Source: Thecamonas trahens ATCC 50062
Taxonomy: Eukaryota > Protista > Apusomonadida
NCBI RefSeq assembly: GCF_000142905.1
Contig: NW_013657652.1
Coordinates: 403,267 to 422,706 of the forward strand
Length of the DNA: 19,440 nucleotides
Direction: 5' to 3'
In this document: piece by piece, positions 1 through 7,978 of the stretch
How positions within the stretch are numbered: the first letter of the stretch is position 1
Layout of the letters: every line of letters begins with the position of its first letter
Program-made: the position numbers and the translations under genes
Notes under the pieces: model-generated
Databases searched by the model: none
The model's input: the letters and a program-made list of their open reading frames with translations, nothing else
Told to the model about the DNA's origin: nothing

Positions 1-1
1 T

Positions 2-2035
2 GTTGACCTCTCGCCACCGGCGCACCGAGAGATCGAGCTCGCCCAAGCTGCAGTCGACGCTATCGGCGACTCTCCCGAGACTGCGCTTGCCGGCTTTGTT
101 CTCCCGGACCTGCTGTATGGCTTTGGTAGTCTCGGCCTGGGCATTGTGGTGCGGCGGAGCAACGCTAGCGTCGCCGATCCGTGGCAGATTCATGTCGAGA
201 CGGTGACGAGCGCGTGGGTCGAGACCAGCCGAGTCATGTGCGGCCTTCGCACAGGTTCGCCGCTGTGTATCGATTGGTACCCGGGTGGCGCAGAAGGGCG
301 TCGCAACTCACTGAGCTCGTCTGATGACGACAGCGACGTCGACGATGCTGGAGAGAGCCGCAGCAAGACCAGCCGGCCGGTGGTTCGAGTCAGGCCGGTG
401 GCGGCTGTCGAGGACGTGCTGGTGGTGATGCGGCCGGGCCATGCCGCGGCACCGGTGCTGGAAGCATACGCCAAGTCTGCGCTCCACACTGCGTACCTCG
501 GCGTGGTCTTTTGCCGCAATCCGGTGCTGGCGCTGCCGGCGCAGCGGACGGCGCTACTGACGGTGGCACTCGTCCAGGCCGTCAACCAGCTGCTTGATCC
601 GGCGTGCTGCGAGCCTGGCTTTGTGGCTGTGGTGTGGACGCTGCTGACCTCGTTGCGGGCGCGGATGGGGATTAACGGCGCATCGCCCGAGCAGTTCTGG
701 AACGGAGTGATCTACAAGCTCATGGAGCCACATCCGGAGCGGCGACTGACCGAGGCTCCCGAGGACGATGTGTCATCGGTGGCCAAGGTGCTAGGCCCGC
801 TGATGGTGTGCCACGAGGCTGTGGATGAGGTTGGTCTCTTTGAACTCGCTGCAGCGCCGCAGCTGTCTGCTGTGGCGCTGGCCCTGCTGGCTGAGTCGAT
901 CTCGCGGTCGTCGCGCGTCTACCTCAAGTGCCGTCTTGCAAGACGCGGCGTGGCCAACCACGCGGCTGCAATGCGCGACGAGGCCCAAGCGGTCCTGGCC
1001 CGGGCGCTCGGCATTAGCCCTGAGTCAGTGCCGGCGATCTCGCCGAGCGATGAGGTCATCGACCCGCCGGCGTCGGCCTTGACCTTTGGCAGCGAAGCCG
1101 ACATCGACCGCGCGCTGCGGGCGTCGAGCAAGCTCTTCCGCAAGCCGGGGTGGACCAATGTACCGCCGACGGCCGTGCTGGCCTGCCTGCAGATGGCACG
1201 GGTCGTCCAGGGCTTTGGCCGCGAGCTTGCGCAGCCGACCGCTGACCCGCCACCGGCCTTTGTGACAGCCGTATGCAGCACGTTTCGTGGGCTTTCGATG
1301 GGCGCGTTCCTCACCCAATTTGTGGAGCCCGGTGCTGGGCGCGAGCTCGACCGGCGGGCGCTGCAGGCTGCGCTCTATGTCCAGGGCATCGAGTTCCACT
1401 CATCCAAGCTCCGCCGCGGTGGCGAGATTGGCGAGCTGCTTGAACCGCATGCATTGGTGGCCAGCGCGGCGGCGCGGGCGCGCAAGACCATGTATGCTGC
1501 GGCGCGGAGTGTCAAGCTTGCCCGACTGGCCCGAACCCGCAAGCTCAACGCGCGCGAGCTCCGGAGGCAGGAGAAGCTCGCTGCGCTCGCTGAGTTTTAC
1601 ACAGCCCATGCCGGTGTACCGAAGCTCTTCAGCGAGGCCGAGGTGGCCGCCATGAACCGTGCAGCACCCAGTGCCGTTGATGCCGTCGTCCGCGAGCCAT
1701 CGGGCCTTCTCCGCCACCGATGCTGCTTCGAGGCCTGCCCACGCTTTTTAGAGTACCTGGGAACCCAGGCAGATCGGCTGCACGGCACCCGCAAGGGCCT
1801 CTTCACCCATCTTGCCCCGATCACCCAGCGTTCTTGCAAGGTTCCGTACTTCCCAGGCTGGCATTTGATGGCCATCATGCTCTGGCGCAAGACCCGATCG
1901 GCCCACAATGGCCGCCAGACCTTTATCACCCGTCTTGTCAACCACTACCGCGACCGCACAAGCTCGTCAGCTGTCGTCGCCTCGCTTGCGGAAGCAACCT
2001 GGCTCTCGATCGAGGCCATGGTCGCCGCTGATTGA
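2..2035 (+). CDS. Uncharacterised protein, 5'-truncated (>=677 aa), with a C-terminal Cys/His cluster
   Basis: Frame 2 is open from base 2 (VDLSPPAHREIEL...LLYGFGSLGLGIVVRRSNASVADPWQI) to TGA at 2033-2035, so the GTG at 146 is not the real start. Third codon positions are GC-rich. The C-terminus has GLLRHRCCFEACPRFL...GLFTHL...YFPGWH. No family confidently recognised. Confidence 0.8.
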   Translation, partial: VDLSPPAHREIELAQAAVDAIGDSPETALAGFVLPDLLYGFGSLGLGIVVRRSNASVADPWQIHVETVTSAWVETSRVMCGLRTGSPLCIDWYPGGAEGRRNSLSSSDDDSDVDDAGESRSKTSRPVVRVRPVAAVEDVLVVMRPGHAAAPVLEAYAKSALHTAYLGVVFCRNPVLALPAQRTALLTVALVQAVNQLLDPACCEPGFVAVVWTLLTSLRARMGINGASPEQFWNGVIYKLMEPHPERRLTEAPEDDVSSVAKVLGPLMVCHEAVDEVGLFELAAAPQLSAVALALLAESISRSSRVYLKCRLARRGVANHAAAMRDEAQAVLARALGISPESVPAISPSDEVIDPPASALTFGSEADIDRALRASSKLFRKPGWTNVPPTAVLACLQMARVVQGFGRELAQPTADPPPAFVTAVCSTFRGLSMGAFLTQFVEPGAGRELDRRALQAALYVQGIEFHSSKLRRGGEIGELLEPHALVASAAARARKTMYAAARSVKLARLARTRKLNARELRRQEKLAALAEFYTAHAGVPKLFSEAEVAAMNRAAPSAVDAVVREPSGLLRHRCCFEACPRFLEYLGTQADRLHGTRKGLFTHLAPITQRSCKVPYFPGWHLMAIMLWRKTRSAHNGRQTFITRLVNHYRDRTSSSAVVASLAEATWLSIEAMVAAD

Positions 2036-2104
2036 TCGGCAAATACTGGCGCGCGTCCAGCGCTCTTGCCCCCACTCACCCCACCGTGCCTCGTAGGATA
2101 CCAA

Positions 2105-2126
2105 CCCCCCCCCCCCCCCCCCCCCC
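2105..2126. repeat. Poly-C homopolymer (22 nt)
   Basis: Read directly from the sequence. Confidence 0.95.
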
Positions 2127-2161
2127 ACTGACGCAAAGACAAAAGCCAAACACCGCCGACC

Positions 2162-2172
2162 AATTTTTCTCG
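2162..2172 (+). promoter_or_regulatory. Candidate promoter element AATTTTTCTCG upstream of the acyltransferase
   Basis: The same 11-mer occurs on the sense strand upstream of the P4-ATPase (7944-7954, minus). It is AT-rich in a GC-rich background. Function is inferred only. Confidence 0.35.
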
Positions 2173-2273
2173 CCATTTACTGCACCCAAACCCACCCCCC
2201 CCTCCTGGGCTACGCGACGTCCACGTCCACGACCCACCCAGCCACCCCACCACCCACTTACGCACCCACACAT

Positions 2274-2306
2274 CACCACCACCACCACCACCACCGCCGC
2301 CGCCGC
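2274..2306. repeat. (CAC)n/(GCC)n compound microsatellite
   Basis: caccaccaccaccaccaccaccgccgccgccgc read directly. Confidence 0.9.
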
Positions 2307-2383
2307 TGCCACACGCACACGGCAGGACCATACACCTCACCATAGAGTGACGCATACTCGCACACACATACGCACACATACGC

Positions 2384-2388
<5 letters not shown>

Positions 2389-2454
<66 letters not shown>
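2389..2454. repeat. (CA)33 microsatellite ending two bases before the acyltransferase ATG
   Basis: Perfect CA run followed by G-C-ATG (...CACAG C ATG), and preceded by degenerate CGCACACATA units. Confidence 0.95.
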
Positions 2455-2455
<1 letters not shown>

Positions 2456-2456
2456 C

Positions 2457-3374
2457 ATGGGCATGCTCTACAAGGCCGCCGGCCTCTGTCTGTGGAGCCT
2501 CATCTGGATCGAGGCCATCGTCATGGCGATAGTCACCTTTACCATTGTCTCGCCGCTCTCGTGGCTCCTCGGGGGGCGGATCGGGCATGCGCGGACGCTC
2601 AATGCCATGGTGGACCGGCTGATCTGGTACCACATGGTGTGGATGCTCGAGGTGTGGGGCGGCTCGCGGATCGAGTTCTACGGCGACGAGCTCCCACTCC
2701 GCGAGTCTGCGCTGCTCATCTCAAACCACATCTTCCTCGCTGACTTTTGGCCATTCTTCTCGCTCGCGCTCCGCAAGGGCCGCCTCGGGTGCATCAAGAT
2801 CTTCTCCAAGAACAACGTCAAGTACCTGCCGGGCTTTGGCTGGGGTGCGTGGCTCATGGGCTTTGTCTTCATTCGCCGCAACTGGACTCAGGATGCGGAC
2901 CTCATCCGCAACACTTTTGCCAACCTCAAGGCCACCGGCTTGCCCATCTGGCTCCTCTCGCACCCCGAGTCGACCCGGATCACCCCGCGCAAGTACGCCG
3001 AGTCGGTCGCCTACCAGAAGCAGAACTCACACCTGCCGGCACTCAAGCACCTGCTCCTCCCGCGGACCCGCGGCTTTATCGCCACTGTCGACGCCCTCCG
3101 CGACTCGCTCCTCGATTCCGTCTACGACCTCACCGTCGACTACCCCGAGGGTTTCCCAGGCATGTTCAACACCGCCGCCGGCAACGGCCCGCGCATTGTC
3201 ATCCACATCAAGCGCTACCCCATTGAGGAGCTGCCGCGCGATGCCGATGAGCTCAAGGCATGGTGCCTCGAGCGCTGGGTCGAGAAGGACGCCCTGCTCG
3301 AGACCTTCCGCACCACCGATGCTTTTCCGGATCCCATCCCCGAGCCGTTCGCGCGTCTCCCAATGAACCTCTAG
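2457..3374 (+). CDS. Lysophospholipid/1-acylglycerol-3-phosphate acyltransferase (PlsC superfamily; AGPAT3/4/5-LCLAT1-like), 305 aa
   Basis: Catalytic HxxxxD motif (SNHIFLAD); KYLPGFGW...GFVFIRRNW; block III variant HPESTR (canonical FPEGTR); LLLPRTRGF; SVYDLTVDY; C-terminal W-x3-RWVEKDALL; N-terminal hydrophobic segment. Confidence 0.93.
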   Translation: MGMLYKAAGLCLWSLIWIEAIVMAIVTFTIVSPLSWLLGGRIGHARTLNAMVDRLIWYHMVWMLEVWGGSRIEFYGDELPLRESALLISNHIFLADFWPFFSLALRKGRLGCIKIFSKNNVKYLPGFGWGAWLMGFVFIRRNWTQDADLIRNTFANLKATGLPIWLLSHPESTRITPRKYAESVAYQKQNSHLPALKHLLLPRTRGFIATVDALRDSLLDSVYDLTVDYPEGFPGMFNTAAGNGPRIVIHIKRYPIEELPRDADELKAWCLERWVEKDALLETFRTTDAFPDPIPEPFARLPMNL

Positions 3375-3490
3375 CCCTGTCTCGCTTTCACGACGAGCCT
3401 TACCCCCGACGATCGCTTTGCGCAGCCGGCCACGGGTGTGTGCTATGATGCTCGACTTAGGGCGCACGACTATGCGCCGAGACGACCGTG

Positions 3491-6400
3491 CTAATGACTC
3501 GCCGAGCCGAGCGAACGCGCGCTCGACGTTGCGGCGCTGTGGTGGAAGACCACGGTATCGGGGCAATCGTGAAGCCGCTCGCGCGAGTTGTGGATGACCA
3601 GCTGCTCGCGAGCCATAGCACCGCCCAGGAGGCCCGGCGTCGAGTCGCCGTCGGTTTGTGACGGGGGCGCCGCGGTGGCAGCGGCCTGGCCAACATGCCT
3701 GTTCCGGCCCGACGGCGGGTACTCTGTGGCGAGGATGACCCGGTGGTGCTCGGGCGGGGCGGGGTCGTAAGCGTACGCCGACCGCCGCGCCTTGTCTGGC
3801 CAGAACGAAAAGGCGACGGCGGCGGTGTGGTGGACAAGGGCAAGGGTGCGCGCGACAACGGCGGTGAGGCGAAAGTACTTGTCGAGCTCGCGCACAATGT
3901 CAAAGGCCTCCGGAAAGAACGTCCGCCGGATGTACATGTACAGCACGTCTGGCAGGAGCGCTGAGAGCGGTGCAAGAACGAGAATGAACCAAAAGGCTGG
4001 CGAGGTGTATGCCTGCGGCCCCACACCGAGCATGTCCAGCGCGTCGGTCGGCGGCACAATGAACGAGTACACCGTGATCCATAGAAAGAGGCCAGCGACA
4101 GAGAGAAAGATGGCGGCAAAGTTGAGGATGGTCCACGAGCTGGTCTCGAGCGCTATCTTGGAGTTGACCGTGACCACCACCACAGAGTAAATGAAAATAC
4201 CGTTGACAAAGAGGCCCGATGTCTGCCCGTCGCTGTGGAGCACGTTGTGCGCGAGCATGCCCTGCACGAAAAAGTAGAACATGAGCGAGTGGTACAACGA
4301 CGAGAGCATCCACCCGAGGAAAACTCGCAAGTTGAAGAACCGATTAGCAGGCCCAGTCCGATATAACTCCGGGTGGGCCAGCAGTCGTCGGCGCGGGACA
4401 GACTGGTCGAAAATGCCCACAATGAGGATGGGCAGCGCGGTGAAGATGACGTTGTACAGCGAGAACGTCCACTTTTCCACAAACGTCTGGCCCGAGTAGC
4501 CCGAGGCAAAGACAAACCAGAACGGAACAAGTGAGAGCGCAATGTTCTTGTAGAACGAGTACATGATGAGCTTGGCAATGCGGTCATAGCACCAAAAGCC
4601 GTGGACAAGCAGCAGCTGCCGAAGGAACCGGAACTGCGCAATAGCGTAGTCGGCCGTCATGGCCGCCTGCTGGCCCTCCTCGCCGGAAATGCCCACCCCA
4701 AGGTGCGCCTCCTTGATCATCTCCACGTCGTTGGCGCCGTCGCCAATGGCGAGCGTCACCACACCCTGGTCGAGCGCCGACTGCACAAACGCCACAACCT
4801 GTGCCTTTTGCGCCGGCGAGACACGGCACCCGATGACCGACTTGCAACGCTTGGTCACAGACAGCAGAAGCTCCTTGAGCTCGGCGTCAATGTTGCTGTC
4901 ACCAGCGCCAGCGCTAGTGCCAGCGTTGGTGCTGCTCGCCGATCCGTCGCCGCTTACCTCGCGCGGTGCCTCGAGGAGGAACGAGAGCGTCCTTCATCCA
5001 GCACGCACGCGTGCTCAACAGGCTCGATCTGTGCCTCCATCGAGCGCAGAATGCGCTGCAGCGAGATGCGGAGCCACTGCTTCCGCTGCGCCACCGACAC
5101 CGGATCCCGCCCAGAGAGAAGCATCTCGTCGCGGTCGTCATCGTTCTCCTCAACATTCGGGTCGGTCGGCGACGGAATGACCACTTCCATGTTGGCGTCG
5201 AGGAGCGAGCACGAGTACCCGATCATGATTGCCGTCTCTTGCTTGTCGCCGGTGAGGACCCAGACGTGGATGCCAGCCTTGCGGAGCGAAGCAATGGCCT
5301 CGGGCACTCCGTCCTGCAGCTTGTCCTCAATGGCAGTGGCGCCGAGCAGCTCCAGATCGCGCTCCACGAGCTCAGCTGCCGCCACAGCGGCTCGCTTCCG
5401 CTCAAGCGGCGTTCCCCGCTCCGACTTGGCGTACGCCGTGGCAAATGTCGCCAGCTCGGCCTCGGTCATCACCCGCTCGGCCATGACCAGCGTCCGCAGC
5501 GCCTCGTGGGCAAATACGTTGAGGTGCATATCGGTCGGACGCAAGAGCTTGCGGTTGATTTCCAGCTCGGCGTCGAGCAGCGGGAGCATCGCCACGTCTG
5601 CTCCCTTGACCATGACCTTGACCTGTCCGTCGGGGAGGCGGACGACGACAGACATGCGCTTGCGTGCCGACGAGAACTCGTTGACGTACAACACGTCAAA
5701 GACCTGGTCGTGGCCTAGGACTTCGAGCGTGATGCTCGTCGGCGTCCGCGTGTGGAACTCAAAGCCAAAGTACTTGGCTGCGTTGACCAGCGCGCCCTCG
5801 TCGGGCGATGCTGCCTGGTACAGGATCGACTCTGTCCCATCCTTGTCCTCTACCACTTCGGGAATGACTGTGTGGCAGACGGCGAGGAGCGTGAAAAACC
5901 GCAAGAGCGTCTCGCGCTTGGTCGGATCTCCTAAATCACGCATCACCCGCCCGTCGTCCTCAAAGCAGCAGTGCGGGACCGTCTCCCCTCGCGCCAGCGG
6001 AATCGACGCCAAAGACTCCCGCATCACAGGCGCCGCAAGTGTGATTGACGGCACGCCTTCGGCCATCGCTCCTGCGTGCGCTTTCGGACGCATGCCTCCC
6101 TTGGTAGCCGGCGACCCATCCGAGTACTCGTACTCGTACGTGACCGAGTAAGTGTACTCGTATGACGACGATGACAATGACGACGATTCACCGCTAGCGG
6201 CCTTGGACTTGGACTTGGACTTGGCCTTGGACTTGGCCTTGGACTTGGACTTGGACTTGCCACCCTCCTCCTGTTCCTCCTGTTCATGCCCGCCGACTCC
6301 GGCAGCGTCGCTGACCGCTGCCGACGACGACGGCAGGACTGTGGACGCCCCGAGGTTTTCCAAGACGTCAGACGAGATCTCGTGGGAAAAATCTGCAGTG

Positions 6401-7737
6401 TTGGCGCGGCGGAGTTTGGATTCGAGCTCGTTGACCTTGTTCGACGCGTACGACCGCGGTGTGTGGACCATGATCGAGAGCGTGCCGTCACCGTAAGCAA
6501 TGCCGCCGACCGTCATCTTCTTAAAGTCCATCGAGTTGCGGGTCAGCGTTCCAGTCTTGTCAGAGAAGATGTACTTGACCTGACCGAGCTCCTCGTTGAG
6601 ATTCGACGTTCTCGCAATGGCTGGTGCGTCGAGCTCGGCGTGGTACATGTGGATGTCCCAGTTGATGAAAATCGACTGGCCAAACTTGACCGTTTCCATC
6701 GAGACGTAGAGCGAGATGGGAATGAGGTTGGAGAAGAGGATGAGAAAGGTAAGGAACGAGAGCGCACCCGACGACGATGCCGAGAGGCCCTGCGCCTGCA
6801 AATACGTGTGGCTTCCCGAGTGCTTGGCCAGCCACATACCATTGCCGAGAGCACAAATGAAGCAGAGCAGAAGCTGGGCAAGAAAAATGAGGATGATGAG
6901 GGTGTTGGTGAACTTCTCGACCGACGACCGCTTGGTCGGGACCTTGTTGGACGACTTTGCGATCTTAGTGTCCTTGCCAGTGTAGACCGCAAGTCCAAAG
7001 ACCCACTTGGTGTTTCGTAGCTGTGCACCGCGAAGGAGAACCTGCTTCATCGACAGCTGCGCGGTGCCATTGCTCGGGTTACTCATAATGAGCGAGCCGT
7101 CAAAGCGGTACATGTCGGCGTTGGGCGGGTCGCATTCGAGCAGGCCGCGCAGCGCCGAGACACTTGCCGGCGTCACGGCGTGGACTGACGACTCGGGTGC
7201 TTTGCGGATCTTGAGGTTCGACTCACCGTCGAGGTTCGACGTCTCAACGTAGCACATGCCCTGCGGCTCAGACGAAGAGAGGACGAGAAGGTCCGCCGGC
7301 AGAAACTCGCCGTTGCGAACATGCAGAACATCCCCGACGCGGACATCGCGCCAGCGGACAGTCACCAGCTCGCCATCAAGCACCACCGAGACCGGGGTCG
7401 CGTTGACCGCCCGGTCATTGCGGTGGCGGCGGATGTCTTCCAGTGCCTCCTTGAGAGCGGTAAAAGCGAGGACGACAGCTAGGGTCATGGCCGTCGTCCC
7501 GCGGCCGAGCGGCGAGATGCCGGGGATTTGCTGGAGGCAGGCAATGAGCAGAAAGTAGATGTTGGCCACACGATGGAACTGGGCATACAAGTTGCGCGGC
7601 AAAAAGGTGAGGATGGTGTACTTTGAGGTCACCACCACGTTGTCTGCAAAGCCCTCGGCGCTGTTGGCCTCCGTGTCATTGAGCCGCACCCGCCGCCTCG
7701 GGACTGCCCCGACTTTGGACGACCCACACAGCGGCAT
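3491..7737 (-). CDS. DRS2: P4-type ATPase phospholipid flippase, Drs2/ATP8A-like (~1415 aa), split by one frame break near 4995
   Basis: Motifs: TSKYT..TFLPRNL, LQQIPGISP, LDGESNLK, IPISLYVS, phosphorylation site FSDKTGTLT, YQAASPDEGALV, KGAD, WVLTGDKQETA (ORF 4954-7758); CRVSPAQKA, AIGDGANDV, FYKN, TM5-10 and a GFAFS-like SAYAY tail (ORF 3491-4858). First ATG is at 7737. The two ORFs join by one added base at ~4995, or less likely by a 62-nt GT-AG intron. Confidence 0.95.
6199..6258. repeat. Coding hexamer repeat (GG[A/C]CTT)x10 encoding KSKSKSKAKSKAKSKSKSKA in the flippase
   Basis: Read directly; lies in a low-complexity insertion after DKTGT. Confidence 0.9.
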
Positions 7738-7943
7738 GCCTTCCAGCAAAGAGTGCAAGGGAGTGCAAGGAAGGGAGGGGGGGGATGGAGGGGGGGAGGG
7801 GGGCTGAGAGGTAGTGGTGCTTGGGGGTGTTGGGGGGTGGTTGGTTTGGGGGGGGAGGTGGAGTGGCTACTATGTTTGGTGAGATCATGACCGTAGCGGC
7901 GGGAAAGGGGGTGGCAACAATAACGGATCGAACGCGCGCGTGC

Positions 7944-7954
7944 CGAGAAAAATT
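7944..7954 (-). promoter_or_regulatory. Candidate promoter element AATTTTTCTCG upstream of the P4-ATPase
   Basis: Plus-strand cgagaaaaatt is the exact reverse complement of the 11-mer at 2162-2172; an ACGCGCGCGT palindrome lies next to it. Confidence 0.35.
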
Positions 7955-7978
7955 TGCAGACACAAAGTAAAGTGCAAG

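Noticed and set aside
1945-2633. ORFs encoding (CV)n, (HT)n and poly-G/P/T
   Set aside because: Translations of microsatellites in the intergenic spacer.
3790-3885. Possible GT-AG intron flanked by GACAAG direct repeats in the flippase tail
   Set aside because: Removing the 83-nt GT-AG segment breaks the frame; keeping it preserves Drs2-like spacing between ExxKY and the GFAFS-like motif, with normal codon usage.
4601-6151. 516-aa plus-strand ORF and other long ORFs antisense to the flippase
   Set aside because: Ser/Arg/Thr-rich shadow frames of a GC-rich gene; no motifs.
4954-7758. Flippase as a true pseudogene
   Set aside because: All catalytic motifs are intact over about 1400 codons with a single lesion; error or recoding is more parsimonious.
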